Counted from the first letter of the stretch, positions 18,640 to 28,925 are shown. The stretch is 64,000 nt of DNA from an uncultured Candidatus Saccharibacteria bacterium (GCA_964607415.1 CAZSKK010000001.1:4190-68189); one strand, 5' to 3'. The notes: generated by a model from the sequence alone, not told the origin. A program made the numbers and translations.

Positions 18640-19353
18640 CTAGTTAAGTAGCTCCTCGAGCGTTGTACTATTATTAATTCTTTCTGTTTCTTTGTTATAA
18701 AAATCTCTTTGCGAAGAAGGATCATACTGCTTAAAAAGCTCTACTGTTTTTTCAAATTCTTCTTCGGTTAGCTCATTACAGTTGATTGGATAAATACCAG
18801 TTAGGTTTACTTCGTCTATTTCAACCGGAAAATGTTCTTTCAGTGAATTACCCGGGAATGCATACAAAGTGTCTGAGCTTAGGGTTCCAATATATGTATT
18901 TTTAGAATAATTAGTTAAAACTGAAAAGTTATCCATACCAGACCCGTTGTTTAGGCTGTAATATAGTGGTTTTACATTTGCTTGGGCAAAACAATAGACA
19001 GAATTTCTTGAAGCAACATTAAGAATTAGTTTTTTTTGAAGGCCTAGATTATCAAACTTCATTTTGTCTATTGTTTTGCCCTCAGAATCAACAGTTTCTA
19101 AAATAATGTCGCGGTCTGTTCGAATTTTTGTTGTAAAAATGTCAAAGTTTTCAACCAGGAAAATATCATTATTAATTCTAACTTCTATTGGAGTGTTATA
19201 AAAGTTTACTACAACAATCTCTTTGTCTTTTATATTGTAAATTGTTGCAGCAAACGTTGACGAAACGACAAGTATAGAGGCGGAAATTATTATAGACCAG
19301 ATTAAAGTTATGTAGATTCGAGATTTGAGTTTTTTGATTAACTTTTTTAGCAT
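18640..19353 (-). CDS. Hypothetical secreted/membrane-anchored protein.
   Basis: ORF with an N-terminal signal-anchor. Confidence 0.35.
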   Translation of the reverse strand: MLKKLIKKLKSRIYITLIWSIIISASILVVSSTFAATIYNIKDKEIVVVNFYNTPIEVRINNDIFLVENFDIFTTKIRTDRDIILETVDSEGKTIDKMKFDNLGLQKKLILNVASRNSVYCFAQANVKPLYYSLNNGSGMDNFSVLTNYSKNTYIGTLSSDTLYAFPGNSLKEHFPVEIDEVNLTGIYPINCNELTEEEFEKTVELFKQYDPSSQRDFYNKETERINNSTTLEELLN

Positions 19354-19472
19354 ACTAATGATTTTTTAAGTTCAAAGGTCAAAGCTCAAAATAATTATAA
19401 TAAAAATTTTTAAAATCGGTTGTTTGAAGTTTAAATTTATTTTGATAGTTTGAATTTTGTTGTTTAGATTAC

Positions 19473-19784
19473 TTATAGATCGTATTTTTTTGAACTCAAC
19501 TTTACAATTTCTTCCTGATTATCATCTGGTGCTTTAGTACATAATACATTTTTTTTACACTTTTCACAGGTATAAACTACTCTAGTTTTACCGTTTGCAA
19601 TTTTAATTCCGACAGGTCTTAACATACCTTTGCATTCGTTTAATCTATCACCTGGATTAATATCTACATGCTGTCCCCAAAGACAAAATGGACAGTGATC
19701 TCTTGAACTTGTTGGATGTTTAGGTACAAGTTTCCCACAGTGTAAACAATTAAATTCCTCATTATTTTTTATGAAAGTTTTCAT
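19473..19784 (-). CDS. RNHCP-domain zinc-ribbon protein.
   Basis: FNCLHCGKLV...TSSRDHCPFCLWGQHVD...YTCEKCKK matches the RNHCP domain pattern. Confidence 0.55.
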   Translation of the reverse strand: MKTFIKNNEEFNCLHCGKLVPKHPTSSRDHCPFCLWGQHVDINPGDRLNECKGMLRPVGIKIANGKTRVVYTCEKCKKNVLCTKAPDDNQEEIVKLSSKKYDL

Positions 19785-21142
19785 ATTGTTAAGAACACAG
19801 TAGTTATACTAACAATTAGGGTAATCAGTAAGCCTACGCTTGTTTTTAAGGCGAAGTTTCTGTTTCCCAAAATATACGAATAAATACATTTAGCTATTAG
19901 GTTTACAGAATTTGCGCCTATTATTGCATAGCTTGCAAGTTGAAGTGTAATTAAGTTAATTCGGTTTAATTCACCAACAGCTACAACAGGTGGATCCAGC
20001 CCAACTAGTCCTGAAATTGATGTGGAAGCTAGGAACAGACTGTTACTATCAACTAGCTGTACCGCCTGTACAAATAATTTAATGACTACAATCAGTGAAA
20101 CAAATTCTATCGCTGGGCCAATTGCAAAAGGTTTTTGTTTAATATTTATGTGAGATATTTTAGCTTTAGATCCCGGCAAAGTATAAATAACAAAAAGTCC
20201 GGTAATTAGACCGGTAAAAAACATTACAGCTAAAGTTGGAAATAAGTGCTTAAACAAATCAAAGTTAATTACAAATATCAAAGAACCTATTGGAATGAAA
20301 CTTATCGCATTGGCAAGAATTGCAGAACCAGCATAAATATTTGTATCTTGGACTGAACTATCCTTTTTGGATTTTGAGGCAAGAGCGACAACAGTTGATG
20401 TTGACGAAACCATTCCTCCTAAAACACTTGTTAAAATAGTGCTTTTTTTCTTTCCGAGAAATTTGGCAAGAGAATACCCCAAAAGACTAAACCCACTAAC
20501 CAGTACAACAATAAGCCAAATACTAAAAGGGTTTATTAACGCAAAATTTAGAATATCTTTTGAAAAATTATCAACTGGAAGCTCAAGTGCTTCAACAAGA
20601 TCTATTACCTTGAAATTTTCGTTTGGCAATAAGGGCAATATTACTAAAGATATAAGACCAAATTTTACAAAATCTATAAATTCTTCGTGCTTGATTTTAT
20701 GTACTAGTTCTCCAACTCCACGCTTTTGTGAAAGAAAAAAAGCAAGAAGCACTAAAATAATCAAAACAATATCAAGTTTTAAAACTTGCGAAGTTGTTAA
20801 AAATCCTAGTAAAAACGTTATTATAACTGCAATTTCAGTTGTAAGCCCAAATGCTTTTTTGAGCTGAATGTTTAAAATGTAAGCACTTAAAATGAAAGCC
20901 AGTATTCCTCCAAAAATCATGTAGGTCAGAATGTAAGCTTTTTCTGTGTACAATAATCCGGTTATGCCACCAATTAATGAAATTACTGTGTATGTTCGGA
21001 CACCTCCTATTCTTTGTCTTTCTTCTTTTCCTGCTATGATCTCACCTCGTTTTTCAATTTCTCTGGTTTCAGTTTCTAATCCTAATATAAAACCAAATAT
21101 TATTGTTAGAAAAATTCTAATTATGATTTCGGATTGGTTCAT
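19781..21142 (-). CDS. MgtC/SapB-family membrane protein with a DUF4010-like C-terminal membrane domain.
   Basis: N-terminal ILGLETETRE...GVRTYTVISLIGG (MgtC-like), followed by many TM helices. Confidence 0.55.
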   Translation of the reverse strand: MNQSEIIIRIFLTIIFGFILGLETETREIEKRGEIIAGKEERQRIGGVRTYTVISLIGGITGLLYTEKAYILTYMIFGGILAFILSAYILNIQLKKAFGLTTEIAVIITFLLGFLTTSQVLKLDIVLIILVLLAFFLSQKRGVGELVHKIKHEEFIDFVKFGLISLVILPLLPNENFKVIDLVEALELPVDNFSKDILNFALINPFSIWLIVVLVSGFSLLGYSLAKFLGKKKSTILTSVLGGMVSSTSTVVALASKSKKDSSVQDTNIYAGSAILANAISFIPIGSLIFVINFDLFKHLFPTLAVMFFTGLITGLFVIYTLPGSKAKISHINIKQKPFAIGPAIEFVSLIVVIKLFVQAVQLVDSNSLFLASTSISGLVGLDPPVVAVGELNRINLITLQLASYAIIGANSVNLIAKCIYSYILGNRNFALKTSVGLLITLIVSITTVFLTI

Positions 21143-21366
21143 AAATTTAGTATAGCCAAAAGCTAAGGCTTTTGGAATGACGAATAAAAAATGAAGAATT
21201 AATTAACAATTCCCAATTTATAATTTTCAACTAGTTTATGTTGAAAATTCTTTATTGAGATTTAATTGGTAGTTCGTCATTCGAATTTCGTCATTTCTTC
21301 TTCGCTTAACGTCTTACCTCTTACATCCTACGTATTGTATAATGTGCAGGTTGAATTTAAAATTTT

Positions 21367-22374
21367 ATGGATAAACAAAGCAAAAAAGTAATACTAATCG
21401 GTGGACCAACAGCAAGCGGCAAAACAGATATAGCTCTAAAATTGGCAGAAAAATATAATGGCGAGTTAATTAACGCTGATTCCAGACAAATTTATAAATA
21501 CCTTGACATAGGTACAAACAAAGGCAAGGTTAAAAATACTGGTTCTATAATTACCCTAGAAGGTGTAGATCTCGAGCTACCCAATCCTTTTGGCGATGAT
21601 GTAAAAACTAATTTGCCAGTTTACGAGCTGGAAGGAAAACCAATGTATATGGTTAGCTTTATGGATCCCAATAAAAGATTTGATGTATATAGATTCAAGA
21701 AAGCTGCCTACTACTTGATTAATGGCATATTAACAAGAGGAAAACTCCCGATTGTAGTTGGAGGAACAGGATTATACATTGACGCAATACTGAAAAACTA
21801 TTCACATTCGGATGTTGATGAATACCAGGATATAAAGCTTAGAAATTATTTAAATTCCCTTGATGTGGGAATTTTGCAGGAGATGCTGGCAACAGAAAGT
21901 TTAGAAGTATTTAACTCTCTAAATGAAAGTGATAAAAACAATCCAAGAAGATTGGCTAGAATTATTGAAAAACTAAAGTATCTTGAAGCTAAGGAGAATA
22001 AAAAACAGATTTCCAGAGAAGATTTGGATAAAAGAAGAAAAGCACCTTACGATTTTACTTTTTTGTATCCAGAATACAAATGGGAAGATTTAAGAGTAAA
22101 GATAGAAAAAAGAGCTGCACAAATGTTTAAAGATGGCTTGGTTTCCGAGACAGAAAAAGTTTTAAAAATGGGTTTTGAAAAGAATTCTGTTGCGTTGCAA
22201 GGTGTCGGTTATAAACAAGTTATTGAATATATTGATGGCAAATACAACCTGGAAACTTGTGTAGAAAAAGTGAAAAACGCACACAAACATTATGCTAGAA
22301 GACAAAGAACTTGGTTTGAAGGCAAAAAAAGAGGATATGACTTAACTATAGTTAAGAGTGGTAGTATTATGTAG
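21367..22374 (+). CDS. miaA: tRNA dimethylallyltransferase.
   Basis: P-loop GPTASGKT and the IPP-transferase pattern (INADSRQIYK..DIGT). Confidence 0.8.
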   Translation: MDKQSKKVILIGGPTASGKTDIALKLAEKYNGELINADSRQIYKYLDIGTNKGKVKNTGSIITLEGVDLELPNPFGDDVKTNLPVYELEGKPMYMVSFMDPNKRFDVYRFKKAAYYLINGILTRGKLPIVVGGTGLYIDAILKNYSHSDVDEYQDIKLRNYLNSLDVGILQEMLATESLEVFNSLNESDKNNPRRLARIIEKLKYLEAKENKKQISREDLDKRRKAPYDFTFLYPEYKWEDLRVKIEKRAAQMFKDGLVSETEKVLKMGFEKNSVALQGVGYKQVIEYIDGKYNLETCVEKVKNAHKHYARRQRTWFEGKKRGYDLTIVKSGSIM

Positions 22375-22380
22375 AAAATT

Positions 22381-22725
22381 ATGGAAACATTTGAACTTGA
22401 TTTCCGTTTACAGGCTTTAACTTATTTAAACGAAAATATTGATTGGTCAAATGCATCATCTAAACTTATTACTATACTTTTTATTTCTGCAGCATGTGCA
22501 GGTAAATTGAGATTAGTTCATTATTCTTCATATAACTCGATTTGTGATGAATCTAAAAAACTAAAAGCAGAAAAAGTTATTCCTCTGATTGTTAGATCCT
22601 ACGACAAATCGATTGAATTTACTGACGACCCGATAGAAAAGGCTAGACTTAGAGAAGAACAGAAAAATCTTTGTACTAATTATGATGAGATTCTTAATAC
22701 AAAACTGCAACCGGCCGAAGCTTGA
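22381..22725 (+). CDS. Hypothetical protein, paralogue A of a tandem pair.
   Basis: Shares a conserved pattern with the 22809-23141 ORF (DW.N....I.I...A....L...H.S..N....K......L.V.SY...IE...D..IK...E..N..NY..I). Confidence 0.4.
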   Translation: METFELDFRLQALTYLNENIDWSNASSKLITILFISAACAGKLRLVHYSSYNSICDESKKLKAEKVIPLIVRSYDKSIEFTDDPIEKARLREEQKNLCTNYDEILNTKLQPAEA

Positions 22726-22808
22726 ATAACAATTTACCTGCTGATATAATTCGCAAACTTCATCCTATAAATCCAAAGCGATAATTTATATTTTAAAACT
22801 AAATTCAA

Positions 22809-23141
22809 ATGAGCGATGGGTCCTACAATTTGTATCCTTTAAATGAGTTAGACGATTCGTTGGATTGGAAAAACAGTGGTTATTCTGAAGTTATAGCAAT
22901 ATTTAGAACAGCAGCAGATAAGGGTGTACTTAGATTTCTTCATATCTCATGTATAAATGCATTAAATAATGGATTAATTAAACCTGAGATATTTGTGTCT
23001 TTGCTTGTCAAATCCTACGAAGTGGCAATAGAAGCAGCTATTGATACTGATAGTGCAATAAAATTAAAAAAAGAAAAAGAAAATTTCCAGAGCAATTATA
23101 GAAAGATAACAGCTGTAGATTTAGATGGTATGGAGCAATAA
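22809..23141 (+). CDS. Hypothetical protein, paralogue B of the tandem pair.
   Basis: See the previous entry. Same length, collinear similarity. Confidence 0.4.
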   Translation: MSDGSYNLYPLNELDDSLDWKNSGYSEVIAIFRTAADKGVLRFLHISCINALNNGLIKPEIFVSLLVKSYEVAIEAAIDTDSAIKLKKEKENFQSNYRKITAVDLDGMEQ

Positions 23142-23276
23142 TTATTTCTTTAACTCTAGCATTTTGGAAAGTAATTTTACCAGAAGTATAACGTGGGTCT
23201 CCCGTCGTTATTATGTTTTGTAATTCTCTTCTCTAAATTCGTACACAAGCATGAAAAATATGAGTATAATAAAATT

Positions 23277-25916
23277 TTATTTTTTTAATTCACTCATACT
23301 CTTAAAAACTTGCACTAAAAGTTCAACATGCTGATTGAAGTCTTCTCCAAATTTTTCTAATCCGTAAGCTATATCCTCTCTATTAATTTTTGCCGCAAAG
23401 TGCTTATCTTTAAGTCTTTTTTTAACTCCTTTTGCATCCATTCCATCAAAACCCTGAGGTCTCATTAAGCTATAAGCATATAAAAATCCTGATAATTCAT
23501 CGCATGCAATTAGAGCGGCAGAAAGTTTTGTATCAGCAATTACTCCGTCGCCAATTTTATGCGCTTTTACAGCATGAATTAAGGCTCCAGGATATCCCCA
23601 TTTTGTAAACCACTCAATTGCTTTATTGGGATGTTCGTTTGGAAATTCGTAATAATCTATGTCGTGAAGTAGCCCTGTGATGTACCATAAGTCAGCATCG
23701 AGCTCTGAGCTTCCAGTTTTGGAGTTCAGCTTTTTAGCCCAAGCTTCCATTGCATTTGCAACCATTTTAGAATGCAAGATCTGATATTCATCTTTAACAT
23801 GTTCTTCCAAAAGTTTTAAAGCTTCATCTCTATTTGGAAGCTTACCTTCTTGATTAGGATCAATTTCAATAGAACTCTTTTGGGCTGCATTTTCGGATTT
23901 CTTTTGTTCAAATTTATCAATATTGGAATTAAGTGCATGTTTTTGCTCTGGTGTAATTACATCCAAAAAACTTTTACCTATTGAATCTGTATGAACATCT
24001 AGAATTAAAATTCCTTCATGATCATGCCCAATTCCAATTTCATCCTCAGCCAAAATCATTCCTTCAGATATGACTCCTCTTAAAGCCTTTTTTTCTAATT
24101 TTATTTCTTCATTATTGAAAATTAAAAAACCTGGAACAATATTTCCTTCACCTAGATACGGGACTAAATCATTAACTCTTATGTTGCTAGCTCCGGTTAC
24201 AATTTCTTTTTGAACATTACCATTATCAATTTTTACAATACTAAGTTTATCGGCGTTTGGATGTTTGGTAATTTCGATAATTTTGACTACTTGAATGTTC
24301 TTTACTAAATCTAAGAGCTGCGAGCTGTGAGCTCCGAGTTTCGAATCAGCTGGCTTTGAACTTTTCTTTTCTTCGAACTTAACTTGGGGGTAGATCTTCT
24401 TTGTATTTTCGTCAACACTTGTTTTTAGCTGAGGGAAAGGAACCCCTTCTTTTGCGGTAACATTTTCGAAAAACCAGAACACTCTTTCACTATGTCCATA
24501 ACCTACAGCTGGTGCCATGCCGTATTCCAACATTTCCACAAAATCGATATCCAGCATGTGAGCTTCATCATCACCAGAATCTCTTAAATTCTGTTGTTCT
24601 AAAAATCTTTCTAATTGATCAACCGGATCATTAAGTTCTGAAAATGCGTTTCCAAGCTCGCTTCCTGCAATGACTGGGTGGAATCTACAAGTCAGTCTTG
24701 CATCTTCTAAACTAGACTTTGCAAGCGGAGATAAAAATTTAGGAACATCAATTAAAAATGCCGGTCCTGCAATTGTTTTTCTTATTACTTTCCAAAGGTT
24801 ATCAACTACTCTATTTTTGTTTGTTTCTTCACCTAAATCTACACCATTTTCTTTCAAAACAGTATTCATTTTTTGAAGATCATCATTAAAAATATCTACT
24901 TTTAATCTTTCTCTAATAATGTCTGCAAAATGAATAATTTCCCATTCGTCATTCAAATTTACTTTAAATCCTTTTATTTCAAATTCAAGTTTTCCATAAA
25001 CTTCCTGCATTACATATTTAAATAGATTTTTTGTAAATTCCATCCCATCTTTGTAATCTGCATATGCCCAGTACCACTCCATTGCAATATGTTCTGGTAG
25101 ATGCTCATCGCTAAAACCTTCGTTTCTAAATCTTGGCCCAAGATCGTAAACTTTTTCAAATCCGCTACCTATTAATCTTTTTAAAGGAAGTTCGTGGGAA
25201 ATTCTTAAATAAAAATCTTGATCTAATGTATCGTAGTGAGTTACAAAAGGCTTCGCATCAGCACCGCCTGTTACATGCTCTAAAACTGGAATATTAACTT
25301 CTATAAATCCATTTTGATTTAAAAAATCCCTTGTTGCTTGCCAGAATTTTGCTCTTCTTTCAAATCTTTGTCTTACTTCCGGATGAAGGGTCATATCTAA
25401 ATACCTTCTTCTGAATCTTTCTTCAACATCATCCAAGTTTGTTGGAAGTGGTCTTATTGCTTTTGTAAGAATTCTTAAGTTTTTAACTAAAATTGAAATT
25501 TCACCTCTTTGGGTTTTTGTAATAACACCTTCCGTTTCTACAATATCTCCAATGTCAAGTAGATTTAGATCTTTAAATCCGACTGTCTGATTGGCTTTTG
25601 ACGTCCCAGAAATTTCATCATCTTTAATATAAAGTTGGATTTCTCCTGTTTGGTCTTGAATGTGTCCGAAAATTAAGTGACCGTGCTCTCTCCAGCTCAT
25701 TAATCTTCCTGCTAAAATCACAGTTTGATTTTCCAACGAATCAAAATTAGAAATTACATCAATGACTTTATGATCACGCTTAGATTTTGAAGGGTATGGA
25801 TCAATTCCTAGGTCCTTCAACTTTTGTACTTTTTGAAGCCTTAAAGTTCTTTGTCCGATTAGGTCTGAGGTTTCTTTGGTTATAGCCATATATAGTTTAA
25901 TTAAGTTTAGATTCAC
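23277..25916 (-). CDS. lysS: Lysyl-tRNA synthetase (class II) fused to a C-terminal tRNA-binding (Trbp111/EMAPII-like) domain and a YqeK-like HD phosphohydrolase domain.
   Basis: 879 aa. Class II LysRS motifs (GPRFRNEG; GSELGNAFSEL; GYGHSERVF). Then ...KHPNADKLSIVKIDNG...GVISEGMILAED (tRNA-binding fold). Then HSKMVANAME...GLLHDIDY...EHPNK...HAVKAHK...ACDE (HD domain). Confidence 0.85.
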   Translation of the reverse strand: MNLNLIKLYMAITKETSDLIGQRTLRLQKVQKLKDLGIDPYPSKSKRDHKVIDVISNFDSLENQTVILAGRLMSWREHGHLIFGHIQDQTGEIQLYIKDDEISGTSKANQTVGFKDLNLLDIGDIVETEGVITKTQRGEISILVKNLRILTKAIRPLPTNLDDVEERFRRRYLDMTLHPEVRQRFERRAKFWQATRDFLNQNGFIEVNIPVLEHVTGGADAKPFVTHYDTLDQDFYLRISHELPLKRLIGSGFEKVYDLGPRFRNEGFSDEHLPEHIAMEWYWAYADYKDGMEFTKNLFKYVMQEVYGKLEFEIKGFKVNLNDEWEIIHFADIIRERLKVDIFNDDLQKMNTVLKENGVDLGEETNKNRVVDNLWKVIRKTIAGPAFLIDVPKFLSPLAKSSLEDARLTCRFHPVIAGSELGNAFSELNDPVDQLERFLEQQNLRDSGDDEAHMLDIDFVEMLEYGMAPAVGYGHSERVFWFFENVTAKEGVPFPQLKTSVDENTKKIYPQVKFEEKKSSKPADSKLGAHSSQLLDLVKNIQVVKIIEITKHPNADKLSIVKIDNGNVQKEIVTGASNIRVNDLVPYLGEGNIVPGFLIFNNEEIKLEKKALRGVISEGMILAEDEIGIGHDHEGILILDVHTDSIGKSFLDVITPEQKHALNSNIDKFEQKKSENAAQKSSIEIDPNQEGKLPNRDEALKLLEEHVKDEYQILHSKMVANAMEAWAKKLNSKTGSSELDADLWYITGLLHDIDYYEFPNEHPNKAIEWFTKWGYPGALIHAVKAHKIGDGVIADTKLSAALIACDELSGFLYAYSLMRPQGFDGMDAKGVKKRLKDKHFAAKINREDIAYGLEKFGEDFNQHVELLVQVFKSMSELKK

Positions 25917-25970
25917 TAATAGCAGATAGCTTATAGCTACTTCGAATTATATTCTAATTTACACGCTACG

Positions 25971-27044
25971 TCACGTAGCTTTCGCAAAATCACTCATTAA
26001 CTTCTCAACTATCTTCTGAAACTTTATTAGATTCTTTACATCTACACGTTCATGAATTGTGTGTGCATTTTCATCTGGGGATCCAAGACAAAATGTTTCA
26101 ATCCCTGAATTATTTAAAAAGCTGGCATCGCTACCACTTGTTGTTGGCCGGGGATTTATTTTAATACCAAAGTTCCAATAAATTTCACAAAGATTTTTAT
26201 AAGCATTACTTTCGAGATTCTGTACGTAACCTACAGAATAAGGTATCCATGTAAGACGCACTTCAGCTTTAAAACTTTTTGCTACTTCATTAAATTTCTC
26301 AATTATAGCTTTTTTATATTTTTTATAGGAAGTAGAATTATTACTTCGTAAATCACCTTTTAGAGTTATTTTTTCTGGAACTGTATTTGTCGCATTCCCT
26401 CCCGAAATTAGGCCAATATTAAAAGTTGTATCTGAATCTAGCCTTCCAATTTTCAGCTCACTTAAAGCGGTTGTTAAAATTTCAAGTGCATTAATTCCTT
26501 CTTCAGGGTGAGAAGCATGTGAAGACTTACCAAAAATTTCAATTATAAAATCTTCCAGAGTGGGTGCGCTACTTGTTAGCCAACTTAAATCTCCGTTTCC
26601 AGCGTCAAATACAAAGCCAACTTTAGATTTAAGTTGGCTAACATCAAACTCAGATATTCCAGAGTCTGTTTCTTCTCGAACACTAAATAGAAGCTCAATA
26701 TTTGGTGTTTTACTAGCCTTTAATAGACTAGAAACACTATACAAAATTGTAGCCACTGATACTTTATTATCAGCACCTAAAATAGTTTGACCTTCAGATT
26801 TTAAATAACCATTCTTTTCAATGACCTTGATTCCTCTTCCGGGTTCAACTGTATCCATGTGTGCGCAAAAAAGTGATGGATTTGCACCTTCTCCTACTCT
26901 GCAGTAAATCATTTGGTTTCTATCTTGAACAGGATTTAAGTTCAAACTTTTTAAATACTGCATTACAAAATCTGAAACTTCTTGTTCATAACCAGAAACA
27001 GAATCTATCTGTACCAGGCTTTTAAAGAGTGTTGTTAGATCCAT
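25971..27044 (-). CDS. M20-family metallopeptidase (PepT/ArgE/DapE-like).
   Basis: LVQIDSVSGYE...CAHMDTV...GADNK pattern of M20 peptidases. Confidence 0.7.
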   Translation of the reverse strand: MDLTTLFKSLVQIDSVSGYEQEVSDFVMQYLKSLNLNPVQDRNQMIYCRVGEGANPSLFCAHMDTVEPGRGIKVIEKNGYLKSEGQTILGADNKVSVATILYSVSSLLKASKTPNIELLFSVREETDSGISEFDVSQLKSKVGFVFDAGNGDLSWLTSSAPTLEDFIIEIFGKSSHASHPEEGINALEILTTALSELKIGRLDSDTTFNIGLISGGNATNTVPEKITLKGDLRSNNSTSYKKYKKAIIEKFNEVAKSFKAEVRLTWIPYSVGYVQNLESNAYKNLCEIYWNFGIKINPRPTTSGSDASFLNNSGIETFCLGSPDENAHTIHERVDVKNLIKFQKIVEKLMSDFAKAT

Positions 27045-27097
27045 AAAATTAAGATTTAAGAATTAAGAATCGAGAATCATGGGAACTATATAATGTA

Positions 27098-27143
27098 GCT
27101 ATCAGCTATCAGCTATCAGCTATCAGCTATCAGCTATCAGCTC
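27098..27143. repeat. Tandem heptanucleotide repeat (TATCAGC)x6-7 overlapping the 3' end and stop codon of the 27130-27891 gene.
   Basis: AGCTATCAGCTATCAGCTATCAGCTATCAGCTATCAGCTATCAGCTC read directly. A shorter (x3) copy lies inside the 30204-30914 ORF at about 30555-30580. Confidence 0.8.
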
Positions 27144-27891
27144 TAAGCCACTGTGCGAATTGCTGCCTTGATGTTCCAAGTTCATTCATTCTTCTAGCTA
27201 ACACTTCATTTGTTTTTTCAGCAAGTTCTAAATTAGAAATAAATATTTTGCAGCCTGGCGTTTGCAGCATTTCAACGTGAATTGAACTTACGTCGAGCAT
27301 TAAATTTGTCTTAGCTCTTACATGGCAATTCTCTTGAATATGTACTCCAGTTCCGCCTAATGGTTCACTAGGCTCGCACATACAAGTTAAAGCTTCAATA
27401 AATTTCAATCTACATGTACTTCCTGCGAAAAAATTAATTACTGGGTTAAGAACTCGTAAGCTCTTTAGCATTGGAATTGTTGTAGTAGTACCAATAATTA
27501 ACATTTCATTATTAAAAATGGCCTCACTATTAATTTGATGAATCGCTTTTACAACTTGCTTCCCAATTCCTTGGTTTCTATATTCCGTGGATACTATGAC
27601 TGTGCCAAGTTCATAAACTTCAGGACATATTCCTGTAAGCCCTAAATTTTCAATTTGCTCACAATTAAGAAGCGGAATTAACCGGCAGAAAGCAATAGCC
27701 TCACTTTTTTCATTTACATAAAAAACTCCTTTGCCTGCGTAAAAACTTTCTGCAATAGCTTCGGGGTTGGGGTGCATCATTTTATCTTCATGCCCAACCA
27801 ATTCAGAAATTTGCATGGACAATTCTGCAATAGTATAAGGGTTTATGGTTTGGGCTAAAGTAACTATTTGAGTTTCTGCTATTGTATTCAT
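27130..27891 (-). CDS. GNAT-like acetyltransferase-domain protein.
   Basis: RNQGIGKQVVKAI (acetyl-CoA binding motif A). 253 aa. Confidence 0.5.
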   Translation of the reverse strand: MNTIAETQIVTLAQTINPYTIAELSMQISELVGHEDKMMHPNPEAIAESFYAGKGVFYVNEKSEAIAFCRLIPLLNCEQIENLGLTGICPEVYELGTVIVSTEYRNQGIGKQVVKAIHQINSEAIFNNEMLIIGTTTTIPMLKSLRVLNPVINFFAGSTCRLKFIEALTCMCEPSEPLGGTGVHIQENCHVRAKTNLMLDVSSIHVEMLQTPGCKIFISNLELAEKTNEVLARRMNELGTSRQQFAQWLRADS

Positions 27892-28094
27892 AATATTAAA
27901 AAAGCCTCCAAACGGAGGCTAAGTTGAAAAGGGTGTTATTCAACTTAAATCCTCCGGTGTAAAATATATTTTTTAAAATTCTTTTGCTTCATATATAAAA
28001 AGTCTACGGAATGATAATTCTAGAAATAAGTTTAATCAAAATTAATAGAAATTTGTTCGAAAATTGTTATAATTGTTAAAATTTTAACTTGAAA

Positions 28095-28232
28095 CAACCC
28101 TCCGTCTCTTTGAGACACCTCCAGAAAATGCACATTGTGCATTTGGGAATAAAATAGAAGATTTAATTTATTTAACCTCACCCGATGCTGAAACAAAGTT
28201 CAGGATCGACCTCTCCATAAGGAAAGGTAAAT
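28095..28232. repeat. GC-rich palindromic intergenic repeat (family 1), copy d (diverged).
   Basis: CCCTCCGTCTCTTTGAGAC ... AAATGCACATTGTGCATTT ... AACCTCACCCG. Confidence 0.4.
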
Positions 28233-28252
28233 CGTATGAATACTTAATATAT

Positions 28253-28900
28253 ATGACAACTGTACCTGAAAAAACAAAAGAAATAGTTTTGAGTTCTAGC
28301 TTTTATAGAAAAGGTATAGCTGAAGGCTTAATAAACCTGTCTTCACTGGCAAGAGTACTTAAACCCAGAATTGAAAAAGAATTAATGAAAAATGTATCTG
28401 AAGCGTCAATAGTAATGGCTTTAAAAAGGTTATCGTTAGAAATAACTTACACTAACAAAAAAGATTTTGGTAAGCACCTAGGCGATATTACTTTAAAATC
28501 TGGTCTTGTTGAGTTTACCTACAAAAACTCGGAAAATCTTTATTTCAAAATACACAAGCTTTTAAAAAACATTGACAATGAAGTTTATCTTACTTTTGTA
28601 AAGGGTGTTTGGCAAACAACTATTATTGCAAGTAAGTCGTTGTCATCTGAAATAATTAAAACTTTCCAAAAAGAGGCTTTGCAGACTAGTTACAAAAATC
28701 TTTCAAGTATTACTGTTAAATTAATTGATAATCATATTGAAGAACCTGGCATTATGGCATTTGTACTTGACTATCTGGCATGGGAAGGTGTTAACATAAT
28801 AGAGGTCGTTTCCACCTTTGATGAACTAACAATAATAATCAATGATGTATATGTAAGCAGAGCTTTTGAAGTAATTAAAGACTTAAAAAGTAGACAATAA
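28253..28900 (+). CDS. Hypothetical protein with a C-terminal ACT-like domain.
   Basis: C-terminal beta-alpha-beta-beta-alpha-beta-like segment (ITVKLIDNHIEEPGIMAFVLDYLAWEGVNIIEV...). Confidence 0.4.
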   Translation: MTTVPEKTKEIVLSSSFYRKGIAEGLINLSSLARVLKPRIEKELMKNVSEASIVMALKRLSLEITYTNKKDFGKHLGDITLKSGLVEFTYKNSENLYFKIHKLLKNIDNEVYLTFVKGVWQTTIIASKSLSSEIIKTFQKEALQTSYKNLSSITVKLIDNHIEEPGIMAFVLDYLAWEGVNIIEVVSTFDELTIIINDVYVSRAFEVIKDLKSRQ

Positions 28901-28925
28901 TGTTAGTTATTCCATTTTTGAATTT

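Noticed and set aside
27098-27143. CRISPR array
   Set aside because: The only tandem repeats are a 7-bp microsatellite and a 2-copy 60-bp repeat at 42830-42930. There are no repeat-spacer arrays and no cas genes in the window.
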